DNA from: a virus
IMG/VR virus record: IMGVR_UViG_3300031566_008582
Length of the DNA stretch: 64,000 nucleotides
Strand: one strand, 5' to 3'
Below are positions 40,412-49,016 of this stretch, in pieces; the first letter of the stretch is position 1; each line of letters starts with the position of its first letter. Below the pieces are notes generated by a model. It was not told the origin of the DNA. It saw nothing but the letters and a program-made list of their open reading frames with translations, and did not search any database. A program made the position numbers and the translations under genes.

Positions 40412-41821
40412 TTACTCCGAATTGTCAGAGATGTTAAAGTCAAATAAATTACTGCTGACGGGCATTTTGGAGATAGCATCCTCATCAACTTTAAAAAACT
40501 GTGGTAGAAATCTTTTAAACTCGTTCATAAGAAATTCTCGTTTATCGCTCCATAATAAATCTTTATTAACTTTCGCTATAGCATCATAATCTATTACTTT
40601 CTTACGGCCATTATCTACCCATTCTTTATATTTAGTCTCTATAGCGTCTACAAATCTTGGTACTGAAACTAAAGGCCGTAAGTGACCGCTGTCTAACCCC
40701 ATATTAAAATGGCCTATATTTTTTACTAATATCGAGTTAGTGCCTTCCAATACTTCCGGAATAGCAGAATTATTTGGAGCTATACTAGAGGTGCCACAGG
40801 CCGCGGCCTCAGATAAACTCAGACCCCAGCCTTCACCGATTGCTGTAGTAACATTAATATCCGCAGCATTATAAAATTCACACAACTCTTTTTCAGTAAA
40901 AGGATTGCCAATAATATTTCTATTAGCAATTAAATTGAGTGCTTTTGTATTAAAATCTCTATCAGAATATCCCGCATTTATAGCGTGAGCTTGCAATGAA
41001 TTTGCTGACCCTGGGCCCATAGTCCGCTCACTTGTATTGCTGTGTAAATATAGTGCAACGTCGTTTTTTGGCAAAACAGTGTCCACTACCTTAGTCATGT
41101 CACAGCCGCTCAAATCACAATATTTTTTATGTAATAAATAGTAATTTCCACATTTACATTTTTTATACCCGTGCGTCACCAATGAGAAAGCTCGCAAGGT
41201 AAGAGGAATTATTTTTCTAGGTTGAAACCTATTGACATTAATAGCTACAAACTTATCCTTCCAGCCCATTTTTTGTTTAATTTCTCTTCTCTCTTGTTTA
41301 GATAAGAGTTTAAACACCTCAACATCAACGCCGTGATGTAAAATTTTAATTTCTAATTTATTTATCAGTTCGGGAAATCGCTCATAAATGGTATTTACGG
41401 CGAATTGAGAATAAGTTATGTTTTGACTTACCACCCCTGGTTGAAACGGTAAGTTCCAAACAGGATTAAAAGGTGTGCCATCAACGGGAAAATAGGTAAT
41501 TATAGGTTTATTGGGACAAATCTTTTTAACAGTAGGAATAACTTGTTGAATATGGAAAATGTCCTGGAAAAGAAAAATAATGTCGGGGTTGACATCTTCT
41601 AGAGTTTGTTCTATTCTTTTCAATCCTAAAGGGTCTGTTGGATCAGTGGAATAAATAAAATATTTGGTAGCATCATACCTATGTCTACCAAATTCATTTA
41701 TTCCTAATATTGATACGTCGAACTCTTTATGTGCTTCTTTTAATAAGTTTTCAGCCACGATTCCAAACCCCGTTTTTACTGTGGGTGAATCTGAGTATAC
41801 AAAAATTTTAGGTTTAGTCAT
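40412..41821 (-). CDS. Glycosyltransferase family 4 with Cys-rich insertion
   Basis: SDSPTVKTGFG, NVNRFQPRK, FYNAADINVTTAIGEGWGLSLSEAAACG. Confidence 0.85.
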   Translation of the reverse strand: MTKPKIFVYSDSPTVKTGFGIVAENLLKEAHKEFDVSILGINEFGRHRYDATKYFIYSTDPTDPLGLKRIEQTLEDVNPDIIFLFQDIFHIQQVIPTVKKICPNKPIITYFPVDGTPFNPVWNLPFQPGVVSQNITYSQFAVNTIYERFPELINKLEIKILHHGVDVEVFKLLSKQERREIKQKMGWKDKFVAINVNRFQPRKIIPLTLRAFSLVTHGYKKCKCGNYYLLHKKYCDLSGCDMTKVVDTVLPKNDVALYLHSNTSERTMGPGSANSLQAHAINAGYSDRDFNTKALNLIANRNIIGNPFTEKELCEFYNAADINVTTAIGEGWGLSLSEAAACGTSSIAPNNSAIPEVLEGTNSILVKNIGHFNMGLDSGHLRPLVSVPRFVDAIETKYKEWVDNGRKKVIDYDAIAKVNKDLLWSDKREFLMNEFKRFLPQFFKVDEDAISKMPVSSNLFDFNISDNSE

Positions 41822-41849
41822 TATCTTAATTGATTTAAGTGTTTTTTTT

Positions 41850-41878
41850 AATATACATAATTATAGACATAGTGTCAA
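41850..41878 (-). promoter_or_regulatory. Sigma70-type promoter for GT4
   Basis: TTGACA-N17-TATATT on minus strand. Confidence 0.65.
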
Positions 41879-41881
41879 GCT

Positions 41882-41905
41882 AAAAAAAGGACCTAAGTCC
41901 TTTTT
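41882..41905. terminator. Terminator hairpin
   Basis: AAAAAGGAC-CTAA-GTCCTTTTT. Confidence 0.6.
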
Positions 41906-42177
41906 ATCATTAGTGTTATCCGAAAATATATTTCAGATATTACATCTATTACAAAACAGTATAGTGCTCCTAAAAATCCTGCCAATGGGTTCCAATATAA
42001 AATAGCCATAATTAGACCATAATAACACATTAACATAATGTTTTTATTTTTGGAATATCCTAGAGCTATTATTAATTCAGTTAATACTAAACTAAATAGT
42101 CCCCAGCCATACCCTATAGAGGCAGTTATAACTATTGCTATGAATAATTGAGTAAATAAAAATTTATTTTTCAGCAT
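41893..42177 (-). CDS. Small multi-TM membrane protein
   Basis: Several hydrophobic helices. Confidence 0.6.
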   Translation of the reverse strand: MLKNKFLFTQLFIAIVITASIGYGWGLFSLVLTELIIALGYSKNKNIMLMCYYGLIMAILYWNPLAGFLGALYCFVIDVISEIYFRITLMIKRT

Positions 42178-42215
42178 ATTGTTTTACTGGACGGACAGCT
42201 TTAGCTGTCCTTATT

Positions 42216-42407
42216 TTAAATTTGATCCGCCACCGCGTTTTGATAAGTTTTTAAATCTATTGCCATAATGTCCCACCATCGAGCTCCTCTAATTTTGTGC
42301 ACAATATCCATTGCCCCAACAATACTGTCTGCTCTTATATAGATTACTCTTTCTTTTATTAACTTATTTTTTATATTATAGATATCTAGTGCCGCACGAT
42401 AATGCAA
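42216..42407 (-). CDS. Hypothetical protein
   Basis: 63-aa ORF, GGAA/GGAG-like SD. Confidence 0.55.
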   Translation of the reverse strand: MHYRAALDIYNIKNKLIKERVIYIRADSIVGAMDIVHKIRGARWWDIMAIDLKTYQNAVADQI

Positions 42408-42720
42408 ATTTACTGTTCCTCCACATTAGGACTTTCTGTCTCGTTTTCGTGGCCACCGCTTTCTTCTTTGTCTGTTTGAAGAGCTTCTACCAATTGGTCA
42501 ACACCATAATTTAACATAGCTTTAACAGCCTCGCCTAATTTTGGGAGAACGTCTTCTTTAAAAATTTCTTTGGTCATTTCTTTTGATTATTATTACCTCT
42601 GTCTGTAATTATTTTTACGATGGTTACTATAAAAGTCGATACTCCAATTACCACCGATTTTCGCGCCGCCTCAATCAATGAGTCGTACGCTGGATTTGTT
42701 ACCATACTTTGGGAATTTGG

Positions 42721-43203
42721 TTAGAGTTGTTCTTCGTATGGCTTGCAATGTAAAATATAGAATTCGTTACAATGTTCCACAAATTCCCTTAACATGTTGT
42801 CGAGTTGTTGCATGTTCACAACTATTTTTTCAATTATCACGTCTTGATCTTTTACAGTTATATACTCACAGCCAGATTGTAATTCATAAGGCGATCCATC
42901 ATATTTCGTTAGTTCTTGATACAAAGCCAAACGAAAACCTCTCTCAGCATAATTAGAAATTGAAAACTGCATACAAGATAAAACATTCAAGATTTTTTCA
43001 TTTTCAGGATTTATCCAATTAACTCTGATTATTGTTTCAGTGTCTTTTATTGAGTCTATTTCTTCTATTAATGCAATCGGTAAAGGTAACCTAAGTTCTA
43101 GAATAGTGTTGGCTCTTACGTATTTTATTTGTTCCTCTATTTCACTTTTGAAAGTTGTTCTAGAAAGAATTTTCCTCTCTGTGGGTGCAGTCTGCGTATC
43201 CAT
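42721..43203 (-). CDS. Hypothetical protein overlapping RT 3' end (candidate partner)
   Basis: GAGG SD inside RT; 67-bp overlap; start may be further downstream. Confidence 0.65.
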   Translation of the reverse strand: MDTQTAPTERKILSRTTFKSEIEEQIKYVRANTILELRLPLPIALIEEIDSIKDTETIIRVNWINPENEKILNVLSCMQFSISNYAERGFRLALYQELTKYDGSPYELQSGCEYITVKDQDVIIEKIVVNMQQLDNMLREFVEHCNEFYILHCKPYEEQL

Positions 43204-44036
43204 TCTATTTGTCCTCTTAATTTTTGATATTCATTTATATTTAAGCTATGACCAGACTTTATAAAATTATGCAGTTTGGCTCGGAGATTTCTATAAGTAG
43301 TTTTGTTTATATTTATTTTTTTGTTCACCACTATGCCCGTAACCACCATTCGCCTAGATTGTTTTTTTATTTTTGTTTTTTTTGAATTTAATCTGAATCC
43401 AAAACCTTTAGCTGTGCCGGCTACAGTTCGTATTACTTCTCCGATTGCCATAATTTTATTACTAGAAATACTAATATCGTCGGCATATCTACTGATAATA
43501 CATTTTTGTTTTATTTGTAACTGATTTAAAGATTTATCTAGTCCATGACACACAATATTACTAATGATCGGCGAGGTTGGTGCGCCTTGTGGTACTCTTC
43601 CTTTATATGTTAATATTTCTGAAAGAAAACCTATTTCTTCATCTTCATTTTTAAATTTAATTACTTGTTGTTTATTTAATATTCTTTTTAAATTATCGGC
43701 AACAACTTGTTGGGTTATACTATTAAAAAAATTTTTTAAATCAACACTAACTATAATTTTTGCCCCAACATGTTGACGTGCGTTAGTTATCGGGCTTCTA
43801 TTTTTGACAAATCCGTGAGCGATAGGATGTGAAGAAAATTTATACAAAATATTATATAAAATAGAATTTTGTAAAGATTTTAATTTACCGAACGGTGCGT
43901 CAATATAACGAGGGCTGCCTGAACGTTTTTTGATAGGATAAGAAGTGTAATATGAGCTTTTATTATTTATAATATCTTCTATTTCTTCTTTAGTAGTATT
44001 TAATATCTCATAAATAGTTAATAATTTAGTTGTCAT
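43137..44036 (-). CDS. Retron-type reverse transcriptase
   Basis: KKRSGSPRYIDAP, NARQH (region X NAxxH), DLKNFF, PQGAPTSP, YADD, VTG (region Y); AGGAG SD. Confidence 0.92.
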   Translation of the reverse strand: MTTKLLTIYEILNTTKEEIEDIINNKSSYYTSYPIKKRSGSPRYIDAPFGKLKSLQNSILYNILYKFSSHPIAHGFVKNRSPITNARQHVGAKIIVSVDLKNFFNSITQQVVADNLKRILNKQQVIKFKNEDEEIGFLSEILTYKGRVPQGAPTSPIISNIVCHGLDKSLNQLQIKQKCIISRYADDISISSNKIMAIGEVIRTVAGTAKGFGFRLNSKKTKIKKQSRRMVVTGIVVNKKININKTTYRNLRAKLHNFIKSGHSLNINEYQKLRGQIEWIRRLHPQRGKFFLEQLSKVK

Positions 44037-44041
44037 ATTAA

Positions 44042-44151
44042 TTAATTGTACTCCTGCTGGAAGCAGGCCCTAGTGATAAATTAGCCTGTGCAGCGTTTGA
44101 GTGAACTTAAAATTTTATAATGGCGAATCACCATTAAAATACTACAATTAA
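44042..44151 (-). ncRNA. Retron-like msr-msd unit A (RT-proximal)
   Basis: 9-bp a1/a2 TTAATTGTA (44042-50)/TACAATTAA (44143-51); G immediately inside on both arms (44142, 44051); UGAUUCG hairpin 44118-44136; imperfect msd hairpin 44051-44101. Confidence 0.65.
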
Positions 44152-44160
44152 AAATTTTTT

Positions 44161-44317
44161 CTTGTTACACTGACGAACATGTTTACTTTTAGAGATAAAT
44201 AACGCAGTTATTCATCTCGTAAAGTTAACATTTTCGTATTGATATTTGCTAATATCAAAAATTTAAAACAAAGACGAATCATCTTTGTGTAATTGTGTTA
44301 CATAAATCTGTAACAAG
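44161..44317 (-). ncRNA. Retron-like msr-msd unit B
   Basis: 9-bp a1/a2 CTTGTTACA (44161-69)/TGTAACAAG (44309-17); branch-type G at 44308 opposite G at 44170; two msr hairpins (44268-88 with UGAUUCG loop, 44239-58); long msd hairpin 44173-44237. Confidence 0.8.
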
Positions 44318-44385
44318 TTTTTCATAAAAATACCTTGCTTCATTATAAAGCAAGGCTTGATACCGATTAAAAAAGCATTAATTAA

Positions 44386-44714
44386 TTTAGCACATCATTT
44401 TGCATTAAAGATCTATAAGGTTTAAACCTTATTTCATTCTTGTTTTAGTAACAAGCCTGGTTACTTGTGTACCCGCGACCCCGGCAGCGTCGGGTCCCTT
44501 CAGCAATCGACGATAACACCAATCTTTCGAACGCAGAATGACGTGAGAAAGGACAAATGCGAATGCATTTGCATTGGTGTTAAGTAAGATTGCTGTGCCA
44601 TGATCATAATTGATTATGGCTATAGGTGGTACCATAGTATATTCAATTTGACGAAGCATCAAATATATTCGTCCCGCCCTCATTTCTGAAGTCGTCGAAA
44701 TTTACGCTGCTAAA
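44386..44714 (-). ncRNA. Tentative third, larger retron-like unit C
   Basis: 7-bp TTTAGCA/TGCTAAA closure with G.G inside; UGCUUCG hairpin 44646-64; nested helices 44502-08/44588-94 and 44515-23/44573-81. Confidence 0.4.
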
Positions 44715-44906
44715 AAATTATTGTCTTTAATAATCGGAGGTGGTGACCTAAAATTCCCCTATACATTCTAATTCTTCAGAACATCCTAATCTTATGGGAA
44801 ATAAATTGTTCTGTTAATAAATTATAATTGGAAGTAATTGCAAGACGTTTCATCTAACTATTGCATGGTTGCAAAATAATTTATAGATGGAATATTTTTG
44901 TTGCCA

Positions 44907-46466
44907 TTAAATTGAATCAAAAATGCCTAAAGCTATTGTATCTTGTTGATCTCCCCTAATATCTGACAATTTGAGTATTTGATCAGAAAATTCATCCAGA
45001 GTTTTTGAGAAAAAACTCCAACCGCCCTCTATTAAAACGCTATAAATAGACACTTTATTGCTTTTCTTCCATTCCTTATATTTTACTAACCAGGAATCAC
45101 GTACTGCTGCTTCACCATCAGTAATAAACACTATGTCAGCTTTAGAGTAATTAGTTTCTGTATCAATAACGTCCTTAGCTTTATTCAGTGGTGGCTCAAA
45201 TTCAGTTCCACCTCCTTCAAAATATTCCGCCATAGCCAGAATTTCTTCTATACTGGGCGGTTTATTTTTTAAGAATTCATGAACTTTTAGGTTTTGTGAG
45301 CCATATCCTGAAGAAAAATGAATTACGAAAAAATTTCTTTTTTGAGACATAGCTACTTCTAGTAAAGCTAGGGCTACGGCTTTACTCCAAATTTCAGGAT
45401 CTCCACTCATTGAGCCTGAATTATCAATACAACATACGATGGCTCCTTTAGATTTTTTCGCTTTGCCTCTTAGATCATATTGTAAACATTTATTTTCTAC
45501 CAGGTCTACCATAAATTCAAGTCTACGGTTTGGGTCATTCAGCTTAGTTATTTCAGATGGAAGCAGTTTGGATAAATCGCTGCCACGTTGAATAGAAAAT
45601 ATTTCGTCTATTCCTTTTTTTATTTTTTCTTTTTGTTGTTGTAGTGCCATTCTTTTAAAACGACCTGCTAACTTAGCTATGGCTTTTAATTTACTAGAAC
45701 TACGTAATCTTTTAACTAGTTCCATTTTCTCATGATAAGGTTTACTCTCATAACTTCCGGAAGCTCCTAATCCCCAAGCTTCCAAAAATTCAGATTCCTC
45801 TCTTACAAAATCAGCTGTTTTTGAAATAGCCGAGGATATCATTCCTTGAACTTTCTGTTCCCTCATAGATTCTTTAAAAGTCTGATGGAACTCTTCCACT
45901 TTTTTCTTTGCTTCTTCAAGAGTAGTTTTTTGTTTTGCTATAGCACTGCCAGTATTTTTACTATCTTTATCTTCTTTGCCGTCCATAGCGTCAATCATGT
46001 CTTGTAATTTTTGCTCTTCTTCGGCTTGTTGTTGTTGGGCGTCTAATAATTTTTGAAGCTCTTCTTTTTGCTTTTTTAATTCTTTAATAATTTCCAAAGC
46101 TTTTTCGGCAAGAGCTTCCGTAGCTATTGTTGAGAGAACTTTATCACCAACGGTAAAAACTCTGACTTCTTTGTGTTTAGAAAGCGCTTGGATTTGATTC
46201 ATAAATTCTTTATTTAATAAAGATTCCCCAGCTATTTGCCAGTCGTCTAGTAAATGGGGACGTAGTCGCGCAACTGAAGAATAAATATCTTGTGTTAATT
46301 TAAGAAAAGGCTTATATTCTTTTTTTCCTGTATTTTCTAAATCTAGTAGAGGGTGTGAATTTTGTTTTACATCATTATAATCATTTACATCGAAATCGTC
46401 ACAAAATATACTATACTCAGATTGTGCAATTTCATCGAAAATTGATTTCTTATTTAATTTTTTCAT
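44907..46466 (-). CDS. vWA domain protein (ViaA-like MoxR partner)
   Basis: MIDAS: IDNSGSM, GGGTEF, FITDGE; long coiled coil. Confidence 0.85.
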   Translation of the reverse strand: MKKLNKKSIFDEIAQSEYSIFCDDFDVNDYNDVKQNSHPLLDLENTGKKEYKPFLKLTQDIYSSVARLRPHLLDDWQIAGESLLNKEFMNQIQALSKHKEVRVFTVGDKVLSTIATEALAEKALEIIKELKKQKEELQKLLDAQQQQAEEEQKLQDMIDAMDGKEDKDSKNTGSAIAKQKTTLEEAKKKVEEFHQTFKESMREQKVQGMISSAISKTADFVREESEFLEAWGLGASGSYESKPYHEKMELVKRLRSSSKLKAIAKLAGRFKRMALQQQKEKIKKGIDEIFSIQRGSDLSKLLPSEITKLNDPNRRLEFMVDLVENKCLQYDLRGKAKKSKGAIVCCIDNSGSMSGDPEIWSKAVALALLEVAMSQKRNFFVIHFSSGYGSQNLKVHEFLKNKPPSIEEILAMAEYFEGGGTEFEPPLNKAKDVIDTETNYSKADIVFITDGEAAVRDSWLVKYKEWKKSNKVSIYSVLIEGGWSFFSKTLDEFSDQILKLSDIRGDQQDTIALGIFDSI

Positions 46467-47639
46467 TTAAACACCATCCAATGTTAAATCCATACCGACA
46501 GCTTTTTTCATTAAATCAGAAGTTAATTTGTTAACTTTTTCCACTAGTTCGGTCATGGCTTTGGTGTCTTTTCCCTTTTTACTCATTGTCTTAATATGTT
46601 TGCTCATATTATCTCTGGCGGTACGTAATTTTGTAAGAGCATCAAAACCTTCGTCTCTCCGTTTGGTTTTATCAGTAAGTTTTACAATATCATTGGACAT
46701 TTTAACGCAAGAATTAAATATTTCTTCTATTTTATTACGTTCTGGATTAGTTAGGTCAATAATAGTTGAGTGGACTTTCTTTATCTTATCAGGATCCTGC
46801 CAAAATAAATGTTTTAGGATCTCGAAATCTCCTTCTTCAACAATTTTTGACCCTCTTAACCAAGCTTCTGCTCTAGTTATGCGTACCGCAATTTTATATG
46901 TTCTATCAGAAACTTTGATACCATTACTATCTAGGGATTTTCGTACTTTACTAAACATCTCAAACATCCCTTTGCTGAGTTCAACAGTATAGATATCGGT
47001 TTGAGCTAACTTAAGTTCTTCTATTTGTATAATATTTTTAGGTATACCATTAGTCTCATTTAATTCTAACATTCGAAGAAATTCAGAAGTTTCCTGAATG
47101 GGATCCACTTTATATTTTAAATGAAACCGATCAAAAAGTGCATCGAGGTTGTCTGAATCTTCAGGCACTTCATTTGAAGCCCCAACCAAACACAGTAACG
47201 AACTTTGTTCAGGCTTACCATCATTGTAAAAAATCCTTTCGTTGGCTAACGAAAGGAGGGCATTTAGAATTCCTGTATTTGCTTTAAATATTTCATCAAG
47301 AAAAGCAAAATGTGCTTCTGGTAATTTTCCAGTTACTAATCTGCGATAATGGTCTTCCATAAGCCCTTTGGCAGAAATTGGGCCAAATAGTTCATCCGGC
47401 GTAGAATATCTGGACAATAACCATTCAAAATAGTTTGCTCCCGATACATGTTTTGCAAACTCTTTAACCATCATAGATTTTGCTGTTCCAGGAGTTCCTA
47501 GAAACAATATGTTTGTTCGACTTAGCAAAGCTAAGATTAAGCCTCTTACAGCTTCATATCTTTCTATAAAAAGATCGTTTAATTCGATTTCCAAGTTTTG
47601 AAGTTTTTCTCTGATTGTTTCGATTTTGTTGCCTGACAT
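46467..47639 (-). CDS. MoxR/RavA-family AAA+ ATPase
   Basis: GTPGTAKS (Walker A), FLDEIFKA (Walker B), ASNE, ALFDRF. Confidence 0.9.
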   Translation of the reverse strand: MSGNKIETIREKLQNLEIELNDLFIERYEAVRGLILALLSRTNILFLGTPGTAKSMMVKEFAKHVSGANYFEWLLSRYSTPDELFGPISAKGLMEDHYRRLVTGKLPEAHFAFLDEIFKANTGILNALLSLANERIFYNDGKPEQSSLLCLVGASNEVPEDSDNLDALFDRFHLKYKVDPIQETSEFLRMLELNETNGIPKNIIQIEELKLAQTDIYTVELSKGMFEMFSKVRKSLDSNGIKVSDRTYKIAVRITRAEAWLRGSKIVEEGDFEILKHLFWQDPDKIKKVHSTIIDLTNPERNKIEEIFNSCVKMSNDIVKLTDKTKRRDEGFDALTKLRTARDNMSKHIKTMSKKGKDTKAMTELVEKVNKLTSDLMKKAVGMDLTLDGV

Positions 47640-47654
47640 TATTTTATTATTCTC

Positions 47655-48227
47655 CTATTCCAAGCTAAATGGTGGTCTTTTTGGCGGCCCTATAGGGCCT
47701 GGACCTTGCAGCAATGATTCCATTTCTGGATGATGTGGGCCAAATATAAGTATTTTAAGTATTCCATCTAAAGTTTTTTGTAAAACATCTTGTATAAATC
47801 CTTTATAAGGGTCTTCTATTTTTTCTGTAATTTCAAAAGTTAGACTAGTATTGGCATCGGTTCTAACAGTAATTGTTGTTTCATGATCATGGCCTGGGTC
47901 AAATCCAAAATCCATAATCATTTTTTTTCTTTCCTCAACCGTCCAAGGAATACTTTTTTTTATAACAACGCCGTCTTTTGTTTTTGGCATTTGTACCTTA
48001 TTTCGACGTTCTTTTAAGGCAGCATCCACCTCTATTTGAGTTCTACCATATTGTTCTGGAGTAGGTAATTTATAAGGTATGTTTGTTCTAATTGCTATTT
48101 CTTTTAAAGCCAAAATATTACAAACATAGCAAACCTGACCTCCTCCTTCATCTTCTTTTTTAGTAAGAGGTCTTCCACATTGAGAGCATAAAGGAAGATC
48201 TTCTTCATGTTGATTCATTATAATCAC
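47655..48227 (-). CDS. Hypothetical protein with N-terminal Zn finger
   Basis: CSQC...CYVC. Confidence 0.6.
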   Translation of the reverse strand: MIIMNQHEEDLPLCSQCGRPLTKKEDEGGGQVCYVCNILALKEIAIRTNIPYKLPTPEQYGRTQIEVDAALKERRNKVQMPKTKDGVVIKKSIPWTVEERKKMIMDFGFDPGHDHETTITVRTDANTSLTFEITEKIEDPYKGFIQDVLQKTLDGILKILIFGPHHPEMESLLQGPGPIGPPKRPPFSLE

Positions 48228-48246
48228 CTCCGTATTTTAATATAAT

Positions 48247-48278
48247 AAAAAAAGAGTCTATAATCAAGACTCTTTTTT
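48247..48278. terminator. Terminator hairpin
   Basis: AAAAAAGAGTCT-ATAATCA-AGACTCTTTTTT. Confidence 0.7.
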
Positions 48279-48561
48279 AGTATTTTTTCCTTGAGAAAAA
48301 TCTCTCAAATAACTGCTTGAATTGCACCTGTCACCAGAATGGATCAAGTCTCTATTGTCTTGCTCATTTTGAGATGAAATTGTAGACAACGACTGTCCGT
48401 TATGTCCCCAGAATCGGTTCTGTCCAAATTTTTGCTTGTTCATGTGAACTTGCCTTATTAACAAATTCACGCGACTTTTCACGCTCAGCCAAATGGAAAT
48501 AACATTTCTTCTTTATGCCTGTTAGAAACTGAAAAACAGACAGCGCTGTATATTTCACGTT

Positions 48562-48873
48562 TCATTTCTTGATGAGGTGTAGTATCACTTCATTAAATTT
48601 TAAATGTATGTTGTTTATAGAGTTATATAGGTCTTTTCTTTCATTGGGTGCAATTACTGATTTTTTTAATTTAGGAAATAATCCTTCTAGTTCTTTGGTT
48701 AACTCTAACAGTTTCTTAACAATGTCTGGGCACACACATTTGCACTGTTTTAACTCTTTATTCTTGTTAGTTTCAAGCCCCAGTCTTCCAATTATCGTAA
48801 TACAAACAGAAATGAAATAATCCAAAACATAGTTTTGGGACAGCCCTTCCTCCTCTTTGTCATCCTTATCCAT
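48562..48873 (-). CDS. Hypothetical protein
   Basis: 103-aa helical ORF. Confidence 0.5.
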   Translation of the reverse strand: MDKDDKEEEGLSQNYVLDYFISVCITIIGRLGLETNKNKELKQCKCVCPDIVKKLLELTKELEGLFPKLKKSVIAPNERKDLYNSINNIHLKFNEVILHLIKK

Positions 48874-49016
48874 AACAAATCGGTGGGCCTGTACTAAATA
48901 AACCGACCGTAATACTCATTTTTTACTTGATTCCTTTCCTTAAATAATTTATATTGTTATTGATACGAAATTTGAGGTTCTAATTATCTTATACCATAAA
49001 AGAGGTAAATTTAAAA

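Noticed and set aside
43137-44036. RT as group II intron, DGR or CRISPR-associated RT
   Set aside because: No maturase/domain X, no TR/VR repeat pair or Avd seen, no cas genes; has retron-specific NAxxH and VTG motifs
44429-44683. 84-aa minus-strand ORF upstream of RT as a retron effector
   Set aside because: No SD, no recognisable domain, and it lies entirely within dense RNA helices; more likely incidental
44090-44710. GCAGCGT/ACGCTGC as a single a1/a2 enclosing the whole region
   Set aside because: Only 7 bp, no adjacent branch G, and it conflicts with the better-supported local units
44037-44906. CRISPR array or direct-repeat array
   Set aside because: No identical regularly spaced direct repeats; units share structure and a 7-nt loop only
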